A DNA stretch of 64,000 nt, taken from the NCBI GenBank assembly GCA_964016885.1, contig OZ024741.1, positions 59,396,001 to 59,460,000 of the forward strand, in the 5' to 3' direction. A program made the translations under genes and the position numbers. Within the stretch, counting starts at the first letter, position 1. Each line of letters begins with the position of its first letter. The DNA comes from Eledone cirrhosa. Lineage: Eukaryota. This document shows positions 13,667 through 25,800 of the stretch, one piece after another. The notes under the pieces were generated by a model that was not told where the DNA came from, searched no databases, and saw only the letters and a program-made list of their open reading frames with translations.

Positions 13667-14490
13667 TAAAACCTACTACAGTCAGTAGGCATCTCTAACA
13701 AAATACACCCCCGTCCCACCACCCCCACCCCATCCACACCGCCCCTTTCAATGTAAAGTTATGTTGGTGCCACAAAATCCAGGCCGAAACAAATGAGATC
13801 GTGTAGGTGTCACGACAAAAAAACACACAGTCCACGCTGTAATGTGACCGTGTAGGCAACACGGTAAAAACCTCCCAGTCCCACACTGTAAATGTGGTTG
13901 GTGTTAGGAAGGGCATCCAGCCGTAGAAAACCCGCCAGACAGTCCACGCTGTAATGTGACCGTGTAGGCAACACGGTAAAAACCTCCCAGCCCCACACTG
14001 TAAATGTGGTTGGTGTTAGGAAGGGCATCCAGCTGTAGAAAACCCGCCAGACAGTCCACGCTGTAATGTGACCGTGTAGGCAACACGGTAAAAACCTCCC
14101 AGCCCCACACTGTAAATGTGGTTGGTGTTAGGAAGGGCATCCAGCTGTAGAAAACCCGCCAGACAGTCCACGCTGTAATGTGACCGTGTAGGCAACACGG
14201 TAAAAACCTCCCAGCCCCACACTGTAAATGTGGTTGGTGTTAGGAAGGGCATCCAGCTGTAGAAAACCCGCCAGACAGTCCACGCTGTAATGTGGCCGTG
14301 TAGGCAACACGGTAAAAACCTCCCAGCCCCACACTGTAAATGTGGTTGGTGTTAGGAAGGGCATCCAACTGTAGAAAACCCGCCAGACAGTCCTATGCGA
14401 GCAAGACAACCACTCTTGCCTCAAGTGGGAAAACTCCCGTCCAAACCCATGCAAGCATGGAACATGGACATTAAACGATGATGATGATGA
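13666..14490 (+). mobile_element. RTE family B 3' UTR containing 5 tandem copies of a 112-bp unit (~13827-14392)
   Basis: Matches the 3' UTR at 30847-31225. The 112-bp period is visible in the repeated ORFs. Ends in a (GAT)n tail. Confidence 0.9.
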
Positions 14491-14491
14491 T

Positions 14492-14681
14492 AGGGCGGTG
14501 AATTGGCAGTATCAGTAGAGGGTTGGACGCCATGCTTTCCAGCATAGTTACGACCCTTTACGGTCTTAGTTCAAATCCCATCGAGGCTAACTTTGCCTTT
14601 CATCCTTACAGGGTTGATAAAATAAAGTACCAGTAATGTACTGGGTAATTGCTGGCCTTGTGCCAAAAGTAGAAACAATTA
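14492..14681 (+). mobile_element. SINE family M, full length
   Basis: GGGCGGTGAATTGGCAG head plus central domain. Confidence 0.85.
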
Positions 14682-15399
14682 TCTATATATATATAAAAGA
14701 GAGATGTTTATTGGTTGGTTGGTTGAATCACACGAAAACTACACACACACACTCACACACACTCAAATACATACACACACATCTAAAGAGAGAGAGAGAC
14801 ACAGAGGAAGAGGCAGAAAGAGAGTGATACAATTAAAGTGTTAGATATTTTGAGAGAAAGAGTAACGTCCCACGAAAGTCTAGAAATGGCTTAAACTATA
14901 GATCCTTTGATCTATAGGAAGGTTTAACAATATTGCGTTAGCTTTTATAAAGTCGTTTTACAGTCTTTGATTTTACAGAAGAAAGAAAGATTGATACTAT
15001 TTGAAATTAATCTACCCTCCAGCTTTTATCCATATAATACTTACAGACCTTACTAACGAAGCCACACTTCAGAAGCAATGTTATGTGGTGTATTGCTGTG
15101 TTTCAGATGACGTCCTTTGGAGCTGAAAAAGATCATATTGCACAACATTTAAGATCCAAGGCCAATGCTACCATTTACTCGGAAGTTTACTCCCCTAGCC
15201 TAATAAGGAAGTTTTATGATTTTTTTTTATATGTCTTTCTCACACACAGACATTACAGTCTCACCTCATACCAGACAACACATCCAATACAGTCGTTTTC
15301 TTTGTTCTCCTGGGCAAAGCCAGGAACCTCAGCTAGTTCAATATAAAACTCATGAATGCAATTACATATCTGCTATGTTAAAGTGAAACTAATTTAGTT

Positions 15400-15433
<34 letters not shown>

Positions 15434-15559
15434 AAGTATATATATCATCATCATCATCATATGCATATGTATATACGCATATATGTATGTATGTATATAC
15501 ATGTGTGTATGTATATGCATGTGTGTATATAATTATATATGTATATACATACATATATC

Positions 15560-15901
15560 ATTATCATCATCATTTCATTTTACGTCCGCTTTTTCCCTGC
15601 TTGCAAGGGTGGGACGGGAACTGATTCTGGCTTGATTTCTACAGCTGGATGCCCTTCCTAACACCAACCTCATTTACAGTGAGTGCTGGGTGCTTTTTTT
15701 GCCGTGGCACCTGCACGACCACTTTGCAGTGGAATGATAGGGACTCCAGTCCCTATCATCTCATTTCTACAGCTGAGTAAACTGGAGCAATGTGAAATAA
15801 AGTGTCTTTCTCAAGGAAACAACACATCACCCGGTCTGAGAATTGAACTCACAACCTTTCGATTGCAAGGCCAATGCTCTAACCACTAAGCCATGTGCCT
15901 C
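15560..15901 (-). mobile_element. SINE family C with RTE-A tail, full length
   Basis: The head is at ~15900. The tail CCCGTCCCACCCTTGCAAGCAGGGAAAAAGCGGACGTAAAATG matches 49448-49490. Confidence 0.85.
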
Positions 15902-16375
15902 TTTCCCAATGTACTGACATACAAAACTGTTTCCAAAGTTCATTAACTTTACTGAATAATATGTCATAAACACTGAATTAATATATTCCCAGCTTTGAAA
16001 AATGCTCATCATATATATGTGTATGCATATATATATATAAGTATATATAGATTGGATTAATATATTCCCAACTTTTAGAAATGTTCTTCATATATATGTG
16101 TGTGCATATATATAAGTAAGTATAGATTGGAAGTTAACAGTTTAAACTAGTAAGACCATGGTGAGTTAAGTAATCAATACTTGGGAAAGGGGAGTGTAGG
16201 TGTTGTAAAATGTTTGTTCTCGACAGCTGAACTCATGGCGTTTTAACAGCAAATCATTCACCATCGAAACGTTGTGAGCACAGCTATCAGGCACTTACTC
16301 TTCACAATATAAGTATATATGTGTGTATAAAGAGAAAGAGAGAGAGAGAGAGAGAGTGTGTGTGTGTGTGTGTGT

Positions 16376-17040
16376 GACTCAAAAAAAGCTGACCCTGTGC
16401 ACATTTTGTGACACTGTATATTCATTTTCTAACTGATCAACCTTAAATTTCAGGATATGGTAGATACAATGTCTGAGAAGGCAACAAGACTTAAGAGCTC
16501 CAGCACCAGATTTTCTATGTAAAACAATATTATAAGTGTGGTTCATACAAACTTGTTCAGGAACAATTTCATGCATTTTTTTTTTTTAATCGACAATTCT
16601 CCCTTCAAAGCCAATAAACAAAACTGGCTGAAGAAGTTTGAGACCTATAGGACAACGGAGAACCTCAATACAATGTTGGAGGACCGCCCTACCAAGGAAG
16701 TGTACATAAGAAGTTATTGATATGGTCTGGGAATCTGTTGAACAGATCATTGCGCAGGAGAAACCAATCCTTGGGTCTCTCCACAGAAACCTACAGAATG
16801 TTTGCCAATGAGGGTCTTAAGAAACACCCTTACAGAATACAAACTAAAGAAAAGCTTACTGTAACAGATAAAGCCAAAACAATGGCTTTGGCTGAGAAAA
16901 TGCCATATATTAAAAATATGCCTAAAGCTGCTACATTTCAATGAGTAGATGACAGCTGCCATCAGACAAGCCATCGATAGGGAGGGACTGCATATGTGGC
17001 TGGCACAGTCGGGACACTCATTGAGGAGCCTGCTCCACAT
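16376..17040 (+). mobile_element. Decayed Tc1/mariner-superfamily transposase remnant
   Basis: HTH-like segments IKNWLKKFETY and SLRRRNQSLGLS...LKKHPYRIQ...EKLTVTDKAK, with many disablements. Confidence 0.5.
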
Positions 17041-17290
17041 ACAGTAATATATGCACACTTCCTAATTCTGCCATCAACAATTCACAAGTGTACATGAGAG
17101 CATATGTGCTCTATAAGATCACATGCAATAAATGTAGCTCCTCATACATCAGAAGTACCATATATATTAAGGAGCATGTGACAATGAGAGCCTCTTCCAT
17201 TAAAAAACATTTTGACAGATACCACAACCAAGACATTCGCCCGACCTCACGTGTACAAACAGTTACCTTTTTCTCTCAATAAGTAATGCA
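17040..17290 (+). mobile_element. Penelope-like GIY-YIG endonuclease remnant
   Basis: ORF 17088 reads VLYKITCNKCSSSYIRST...KEH...SIKKH. Confidence 0.55.
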
Positions 17291-17697
17291 ATGCAGTCAA
17301 AGACATTCACCAATAAAGACCAGTTAAGTCTGTGGCTGACAGAATTCTATGCATCAAAGCCAGAAGAATTCTACAGAGATGGAATCATTTGCCTTCGTAA
17401 ATGATCACAGACATAAATCGCAAATATAAATGAGGTTGGTGTCAGGAAGGGCATGCAATGGTAGAAATCAAGCCAAAATCAGTTCCTGTATGAGAGAGAC
17501 ATGGTCACCCGACCCGGCATTGCCAACAATAGGACAACCCGTCAAACACATCCTAGCATGGAAGAATGGATGTAAAACGCTGATGATGATGGTTCTGACT
17601 GGTAAAAGTTTCTTAATTTAAAAATATGCCCAAATCAGTAAAAATGTGAAAAGCAGCAAGAACTTTGTGTCCAACCTAATATATATATATAAGATAT

Positions 17698-17734
<37 letters not shown>

Positions 17735-17739
<5 letters not shown>

Positions 17740-18055
17740 ATACAGAAGACCTGACTTCCCACGGGTACAAGCCGAAGCTGAAGCATATAGATAGTATGCC
17801 CCCACCCCCCTCCCATTATAAAGGGGTCATGTAGGTGTCATGACAAAATCACCCAGTCTACATTGTAAAGTGGTCGTGTAAGCACCATGCTAAATGAAGT
17901 TGGTGTTAGGAAGGGCATCCAGCTGTAGAAATCAAGCTAAAATCAGTTCTGTATGAGCAAGACATGGTCATCTGACTTGGCATTGTCCACAACAGGACAA
18001 TCCGTCTAACCCATGCTAGCGAGGAAAATGGATGTAAGACGGAGGTGATGATGAT
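17735..18055 (+). mobile_element. RTE family C 3' end fragment
   Basis: Matches 39472-39810 and ends in (GAT)n. Confidence 0.7.
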
Positions 18056-18259
18056 ACACACAAATATATTTAGTAAATATAGAGTAACGTAAATGGTAAG
18101 AGGTTAACAGTATGCATGTCTGGAATATTCAGCTACTTGCAAGTTAATTTAATGAGCAGGTTGTTCAGTTCTTCATATCATCTGAAATATTCATCGTCAG
18201 AACTGACAGAGATTCAACAAAAATGACCAATTCACTTTAAAAATATAGTTGAATATTTT

Positions 18260-18597
18260 ATTATAACATCAATATTTATCGTTTCACAAAAGTGGATTTA
18301 GTATATCAACTGTCTGAGTATCAGATGAAAATATATGGTGAATTTACTAATTTACTAAATTTATTCTAATGTATATCAAAATCAAAGTCATGTAATATTT
18401 GTGTATGTTGTGCATTTGTGTGTGTGTGCACACATGCATAAACACATATTATGTGTGTGCAATATCATAGCCATCATTTTGTAATACATTAGAATAAATT
18501 TACTAAATTGATAAATTTGCCATATATTTTTATCAGATATACATACAGTCAATATACCAAATTCACTTTTCTGAAGCCATTAATATTGATATCATGA
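18260..18597. repeat. Diverged inverted repeat (~120-bp arms)
   Basis: AAATTTATTCTAATGTAT / ATACATTAGAATAAATTT, with further paired segments outward. Confidence 0.6.
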
Positions 18598-18617
18598 TGA
18601 TGTATATATATATATAT

Positions 18618-18809
18618 CATAATTGTTTCTACTTTAGGCACAAGGCCAGCAAATTACCCAGTACATTACTGGTACTTTATTTTATCGACCCCGTAAGGAT
18701 GAAAGGCAAAGTCAACCTCGGCGGGATTTGAACTCAGATCGTAAAGGGACGTAACTATGCTGGAAAGCATGGCGTTCGACCCTCTACTGATATTGCCAAT
18801 CCACCGCCC
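18618..18809 (-). mobile_element. SINE family M with TSD ATATATATATATCATAAT
   Basis: Family motifs plus a flanking direct repeat. Confidence 0.85.
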
Positions 18810-18840
18810 ATATATATATATCATAATGATATATATATAT

Positions 18841-20770
18841 ACTGGGATTGATACCAGTGAGCTGGGACTCCTACTTAAACTTACCTATAGTAATGATTAT
18901 CTAGACACATATGACCTTAGCAACCTGTGCCCTACAAGACCAGCAAGAGGCAGACCACCTACCATTACCTCAATGGCCAAGAAAACCCACACAGATAGAT
19001 GGAACGGGTGGACCAGAGCCATACGGACCTCCGAAAACCATGATGAACTAAAGAAAATGATTGCACACGCGGTGGGGGCCAATATAAAATTAACCCTTAA
19101 GGAACATGTTCAAATTTAATGGAAAAACATATGCCCAAGAGGAGGGAGCAGCCATTGGTGTTAGCATTGCAGGCGACATAGCTAAGCTATTCATGGTATG
19201 GTGGGACAATAGACTTAAACTTAAACTTAAAGGACAATTAGAAGGCAACAACCTCTTAACCCTGATAATGTACTCCCGCTATGTTGATGATATAAACATC
19301 GTAGTAAAAACACCCCCACTAGAGAACAGTCAGGAATTAGAGAAAAACACCATGGAAAGCATCCAGCAAATAACTAACTCCATCCACCAGAGTATTAGAG
19401 ATACTATAGACCACCCAAGCAAACACCCCAACCATCGATTACCTGTACTAGATACAGAGCTCTGGTTAAAAACCATTAATAACAAAAAACAAATCCTCCA
19501 TTCCCATTATGCCAAACCCATGACTTCCAAATATCTGATCCACCAAAACTCAGCTGTTTCGGACCACACCAAAATCAACATACTGATTGCGGATTTGGTA
19601 CGGGTGATGAGAAACGTGTCCCGCATGTGCAACACCAAAGAACTAGAGAGACACATACAACACTTCATCCACCGTATGCAGTTCTCTGGTTACAATCAGA
19701 GAGATAAAATCAGAGTATATAGAGAAGCCAGAACCAAATGGGAAAAATTGGTAAATAATGATACAAATGGGACCTGCCCCTTGTATAGGAGCAAATTTTG
19801 GAATAGAATAGAAAGATCTAGGAATAAGGTTAATAGAATAAACTCATGGTATGATAGCAATAAATACCAGAGTGTAATGTTCATCAATACAACCCCTAGA
19901 GGTGAATTAGCTTACAAATTTAAAAGGGCCCAAGATAAACATAAACTCAATATTAAGATAGTAGAAAGACCAGGTACCTCCATAAAAACACTTATTAGCA
20001 ATACATACACTTTTCAAAGACCTCCCTGTATAGATAAGAAATGTATAATCTGTAAACTAAGCCCCCATATTAACTGTAAAACTAGAAATGTAGTATATAG
20101 CATAAGATGTACTGAAGGACAATGTAGAGATAAGATAAATAGTGTACATAGGTGAGACAGCTTGTAGTATAGGAGAACGGATAAATGAAGACTGGTGAGA
20201 GCTTCAAGATAGTAAAGAATCATCTGTACTCCACCAACATGCTAAAATGGAACATATGGGTGAATTAGAGAACATAGAAATAAAAATAGAATCTACACAC
20301 AGAAAAGACGCAATGTTTAGACAAATCACAGAGGCAATAAATATAAATGAACTCCAACCAAAATTAAATAGAAAACATGGATGGAATAGCAACATCACAA
20401 CTTACAATTAAGGACAAAATGAAAACACACACACACACATAGAACAAACAACCAACCAGTAACATGTAAATAAACAAATAAATAAACAAATATAAACACA
20501 CAGAGACACCCAGACGCAAACTAAGCACACAACACACACAAAAACAAGATGGCGTAGGACAGAACAAAGGAAAGAACCCCCAGTCACTGAAGAGGTCACA
20601 GAATGTGTGACGAAAGAACTTTGACAATATATGAACAATCGTCTGGTTGTGGAACCAACCAACCAACCAACCAGAAATTTATAAATTTAATTTATAATAA
20701 ATTGGAGTGAAAGCAATTGGTGCGTGTGTTTCTGATTGGCAACATGACCCTCCCAAAGCATAACAATATA
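18841..20770 (+). mobile_element. Penelope-like element (RT plus C-terminal GIY-YIG), 5'-truncated and frameshifted, with an HHR-bearing 3' terminus
   Basis: QEEGAAIG, YSRYVDD, LPVLD and VVYSIRC...YIGET motifs. Paralogous to 45286-47970. Confidence 0.9.
20583..20625 (+). ncRNA. Minimal type I HHR in PLE 3' terminus
   Basis: GTCA-CTGAAGA-g-GTCACA gaatg TGTGAC-GAAAG aa CTT-TGAC. Confidence 0.7.
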
Positions 20771-20771
20771 T

Positions 20772-21107
20772 ATCATCATCATCATTTTACGTCCGCTTTT
20801 CGCTGCTTGCAAGGGTGAGACGGGAACTGATTCTGGCTTGATTTCTACAGCTGGATGCCCTTCCTAACACCAACCTCATTTACAGTGAGTGCTGGGTGCT
20901 TTTTTGCCGTGGCACCTCCACGACCACTTTGCAGTGGAATGATATGGACCCCAGTCCCTATCATCTCATTTCTACAGCTGAGTAAACTGGAGCAATGTAA
21001 AATAAAGTGTCTTGCCCAAGGAAACAACACATCACCCGGTCTGAGAATTGAACTCACAACCTTTCGATTGCAAGGCCAATGTTCTAACCACTAAGCCATG
21101 TGCCTCC
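20772..21107 (-). mobile_element. SINE family C with RTE-A tail, full length
   Basis: Same structure as 15560-15901. Confidence 0.85.
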
Positions 21108-21124
21108 TTATATATATATATATT

Positions 21125-21675
21125 AAAAAAAAAAATAGAGGTGTGACACACGAGTTGTGATATATTAGTAAAAAAGAAAAGAAAATGGTGACAAATTTTT
21201 CCCAGTAAAAAATAGTTTAATTAGGAATAAGTATATATTAGTAATAAGTATTGGTTAGTATTCAGTTTTAGTTTTAAGTTTTTACCGGTTGCGCATTTCT
21301 AATGCTTTTCAAAAATAATTTTGAGATAGAGCGCTCGTGATGTTTGCTCTAATCTGGAAGTGTGCATAAGAAGTTATTGCTATGGTCTGGGAATCTGTTG
21401 CACAGATCATTGTGCAGGAGAAACCAATCCTTGGGTCTCTCCACAGAAACCTACAGAAGGATTGCCAATGAGGGTCTTAAGAAACACCCTTACAGAATAC
21501 AAACTAAAGAAAAGCTTACTGTAACAGATAAAGCCAAAACAATGGCCAAAACCGGTAAAAACTTAAAACTAAATACTAACCAATACTTATTACTAATTTA
21601 TACTTATTCCTAATTAAACTATTTTTCACTGGGAAAAATTTGTCAGCATTTTCTTTTCCTTTTTACTAATATATA
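21125..21675. mobile_element. Fold-back element (arms ~21160-21290 / 21549-21675) whose spacer contains a 191-bp copy of 16696-16886
   Basis: Inverted arms are visible. The spacer is nearly identical to part of the upstream mariner remnant. Confidence 0.75.
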
Positions 21676-21864
21676 TATATATATTCAGGTTCGAGGTTCA
21701 CCACTGGATAAAGCTGGTCAATCTCAATGTAATAATATGGAGAGTACTCAACGTAAAGCAGTTCAACCGTCTTTGTTTTTGTAGTTGGTGGTGCTATTAC
21801 GGAGTTAAATATTATAATGAAATGACAGGAGGCTGGATTTGTGTAAATCCTTGAAAGGTTTATT

Positions 21865-21922
21865 ATACTATGATCATTTCAATGACCGGGTTCCGTATGA
21901 ATCCGGTGATATCATCAGGTAT
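21865..21922 (-). ncRNA. Minimal type I HHR
   Basis: Reverse complement of 23730-23787. Confidence 0.75.
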
Positions 21923-23729
21923 TCGAAATATAATAAGTGAATGTAATAGATAAAATCCATGGGGCTGAAAATCAAAGACCCGAGGGCGACCGCCATCGAG
22001 CATCTTCTACCTTTGCCGGTCGCCCTCGAGTGACGTGGCTAAAGCTTACAGTGTGCTACTACCGGTCAAATAAAGGAAAATAGAAAGGGATAGGAACATA
22101 AGTTAGCGTTAATATCATGCCACAAGAAAAAAGAAAGAAAGAAAGAAGAGAGAAGAAGGGGGAAGGAAGAAGAAGAGAAGCCAGGGTTAATGTCAGCTAT
22201 AAGAAGAAAGACAGAAAGAAAGAGGAGGAAAGGTCGGTATTACAGTCAGGCCAGGAATGTCGCGAAAAAATTTTTAATCTAAGGGACCCGTATCTAAACA
22301 ACTACTACCGGTCAAATATAGGCAAACAAAAAGGGGAAGGAAGATAAGTCAGCGGGAGGAAGATAGAAAGAAGGGAGAAGAGAAGGAAGAAAAGGAAGAA
22401 GAAAAGTCAGGGTTGATGGCTACAAGAAGAAAGATAGAAAGAAAGAGGAAGAAAGGTCGATATTAATGTCAGACTACAGTCAGGCCAGGAATGGCGCGAA
22501 AAAATGTTTCAAAGGGACCCGTATCTTAGCAGAGGTAAATATAGTGGGGGTCAGTGTGTTATAATGTGTGAGCAGAAAATTGGAACGTTACATTTTTGTT
22601 TAGACTTATAGGATGAAGTTAAAAAATTAATATTTAATATTAACATTATAAAATTAAAGAAATTAGAAAATTTAAAGTTAAACAGTTTAACATCTTTAAG
22701 GTTTTGGTTGCGAGGTTTAAGCAAAGAAAGAGACTTTTATGAAGACACTTAAATTTTATTATAGAGTAAAGATTATGTCTTTGTTTAGCCGTCAAACAGC
22801 ATGCGGCGACTACAAGCTTGGGCAGCCCATCACTCCGAGTGATATCGCCTAGCGAAAGATATGGAAATCGATTTTTCCGAGCACTCTAGGAATGTATAAC
22901 AGGCTTCAGTTGCGCCAGCAGGAAGCCAGCCCGCATCGTTAGGCCATTCTTGTACAAAACCAGTACTATTCCTTTACTCAGGAGGGGGGTTTGCTTAAGT
23001 AGAGGAAGGCGTGATATATCTAATAGTTCTGATTTGATCTGTAATTTAAAGGTACTATATGGTGGTTAAAAAACCGGCTCCGCGCCGGGCCCCTGGGGCG
23101 AATCAAGCCACTCCGAGTAGTTTCATTTACCGAAAGAAGGGGAAATTTATTTTTCCAAGCACTCAAGGTAGGCCTATGCACCAGGGGGCCGGTCCCGCCG
23201 CCAGGAAAACCAACCCAACAGTCCGACAGAAAGTTGGAACGTTAAAATATTGTTTAAATTTATAGGATGAAGTTGAAACAATTCAGAATAACATTATAAA
23301 ATTAAAGAGTAAGAAGATTGAGAATTGAACAAACAGAAAATTGAAAATTAAACATTTAAAAAACTTTTTTAAGGTTTTGGGTTGCGGGGTTTAGTTAAAG
23401 AGAGTCTTTTATGAAGAAACGTTAATTGTATTATGTAGATCTTCTATAAGTTCTCCTAGTGGGATGTAGAGTAAGGGATATAGTCGGGTAATATTTATTT
23501 TTGTTCTCAGGGGGAGACATTCCAGTGTCGTGTGCTAATGGGTACAAGTGAGCAAAAGTCCCAATAAGAGGAGTAGAAATACATGGATACATAGAAGTGG
23601 AATACGTGGAAAAGAACATTAATAAAGCAAAGGTATAAATATATAAATAAACCAACAAGAGTGGTGGTGGCGTAAGATGATTCTCAGCCCCATGGATTTT
23701 ATCTATTACATTCACTTATTATATTTCGA

Positions 23730-23787
23730 ATACCTGATGATATCACCGGATTCATACGGAACCCGGTCATTGAAATGATCATAGTAT
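23730..23787 (+). ncRNA. Minimal type I HHR
   Basis: ATAC-CTGATGA-T ATCACCGG...CCGGTCAT T-GAAAT-GATC-ATA-GTAT; palindromic GATC loop and AUA site. Confidence 0.75.
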
Positions 23788-23904
23788 AATAAACCTTTCA
23801 AGGATTTACACAAATCCAGCCTCCTGTCATTTAATTATATATATATATACAAGCAAATTATAAACGTAAACATGTATGTTTTTGAAACGGTGCGCGAGTT
23901 TGAA

Positions 23905-24114
23905 ATTAGAAATTATAAGCTTTCACCGTATTTTAGACTAAAGAAATTTCTAGCCTGATAGTGGGGTTTATAACCCTCGGAGAAATGGAAAAAGATGAGT
24001 GTTGCCATGTACGGCAACACTCATCTTTTTCCATTTCTCCGAGGGTTATAAACCCCACTATCAGGCTAGAAATTTCTTTAGTCTAAAATACGGTGAAAGC
24101 TTATAATTTCTAAT
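23905..24114. repeat. Perfect ~102-bp-arm palindrome in (TA)n
   Basis: Arms meet at GTTGCC-atgtac-GGCAAC. Confidence 0.9.
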
Positions 24115-24203
24115 ATATATATATGTATATATCATTTCTGATTTTTTCGTTTCGCTTCGCTTTTCCTGCCCACCGAAAATGCGATTCTCGCTGAATCTTT
24201 ATT

Positions 24204-24252
<49 letters not shown>

Positions 24253-24469
24253 TAGCTAAAGTACCCGTTCTTTGGACGGTTCAAGTAGCTTTCGACGTAG
24301 CTCATTAAACTAAACAAAGTAAATTTGAATACATAGAAGAAAAACGTACTTTATGTAAACATGGAAACCTTAGGCACTATTCCAGCGAAATAATTAATAT
24401 GTGAGCTCCGTGTCATCCGTTATCCCATGTAACAACAGAAATCCAGTCTAGATATGTGGTTAGAAAAAG

Positions 24470-24743
24470 CTATCTCACTTACCGCTTTTCATAGGCGCCG
24501 CTAAATCCCATTGCTGGTTTCTCCTCTTCCACGTGCGTCCAACTCATTAACACCGGGAGCTGCCAAAACTCGCGTCCACACCGTTCCTGGTCACCACTAG
24601 AGAGAGGCCGATCTGCTGGCCCTTCCGGTCGAGCACCCTTCTGGCCAAGCACCCTTCCGGTCAAGCACCCTTCCGATGGTCAAGCACTCTTCCGGTCGAG
24701 CACTCCCCAGCTTCCGGCCACCGCACGCCACACCATACCCACA
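24470..24743 (-). mobile_element. LTR fragment of the Gypsy-like family at 27391
   Basis: Minus strand begins TGTGGGTATGGTGTGG and has internal CCGGAAGGGTGCT repeats. Confidence 0.75.
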
Positions 24744-24904
24744 AGATATATTTTTTTTGGACAACAGTAAAACCTTTTGTTTCAAGTACAAAGAGTTAAG
24801 TAAAATCCGAATGAGCCGAATTGTAATAATCAAAATCCCAAAACAAAATGTTTGACAACATAAAAAATGAGTTCCTATTGTATTGACGAAAGATAACTCT
24901 TGTC

Positions 24905-25800
24905 TTACTTAATCACGAAAATTGTATAATAGATATTACTTCATTTTCAAATTCGGCTAGTAGTTTGTTGCTAGGTGGATTCTTCTTAGATTTGAAGATA
25001 TGATCAAAGTTGTAACTGGAGTTATTTATTTTGTCATCCGATTTTGTATCAAAATGGAAGGCACGCCATCTAAGTCTTCGTATAAAGGACTCAGATTTCT
25101 CAATGAGTTGTTTTAGATATTCCTTATTTTTAGGTAAGGGTACATCTTTTAGAGAAGAAGAAATCCTAAAGAATTCCATTATTTTGCAATCAGTTATAAT
25201 TTAAAGTGCTCAACATTTAAGGAGCTATTTATAAGCAGAGGGGATATTCAATTTGTTGGTAATTCAACAAATATAAATGTTTATAACTAATTCAGAACAC
25301 TCAACTAGTTTTCTGGAGTATAATATACAATGATATTAAATAAATGGAAACTATATTTATAAAAACATATTTATTCTATTATATATATTTCAAGAGTACC
25401 AAAATTTTGGTACGCTATCATCAGATAAAATACGAAGTGTGTTTTATAAATTTTGACATAACCAAGGAGAATATACCTTAACGGTTCAAGTTAGCCTTGG
25501 ATAGTGAAGGGGAAATAGAAGAAAAGTCAGATATTTCAAATTATTAAGTTGAGTATTCAAATGAGGTTTAGGTAAAAGGGCTGAAAAAAACGTTATTTTA
25601 GACGCTATGGAAAATTTAAGTAATTATGATAAGTTATTGTATGCGTAGGAACGAAGAGAAAGGAAGAAGAGCTAGCATTTACGTTAATTTGGGGGGGGGG
25701 GAAGATTTATTTACCTATATTATGAGTTATAATATTGTATATATAATCAATTAGATTATATGAAGAATTATGGTTGTAAGTATTTTTATCTTATTACATT
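24905..25800 (-). mobile_element. Second PLE type: HHR-bearing terminus followed by the ORF N-terminus (24913-25179), truncated
   Basis: SLKDVPLP...YLKQLIEKSESFIRRLRWRAFHF resembles the N-termini of C-terminal-GIY-YIG PLEs (Hydra-like; assignment from memory). The terminus is homologous to 61860-62010. Confidence 0.65.
25374..25430 (-). ncRNA. Minimal type I HHR
   Basis: Minus strand: TTTTAT-CTGATGA-T AGCGTACC aaaatttt GGTACTCT T-GAAAT-ATAT-ATA-ATAGAA. Confidence 0.75.

Larger units (their letters stand above)
21684..23832 (-). mobile_element. Non-coding PLE-like element with an HHR-containing terminus and a 5' inverted copy (21820-21968 / 23684-23832)
   Basis: ~150-bp inverted repeat, internal direct duplications (~22060-22310 / 22305-22525 and ~22580-22760 / 23230-23420), and (TA)n flanks. 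Confidence 0.75.

Noticed and set aside
13827-14392. CRISPR-like array
   Set aside because: The units are wholly repeated with no unique spacers, in a eukaryotic LINE UTR.
17755-17830. Twister-like GGTACAAGCC motif
   Set aside because: It is part of the RTE-C ORF end and 3' UTR, and the required pseudoknot partners are not evident.
24251-24470. Helentron/HINE-like end ACTAGCTAAAGTACCCG
   Set aside because: Only a short terminal resemblance, with no matching subterminal repeat or 3' hairpin found.
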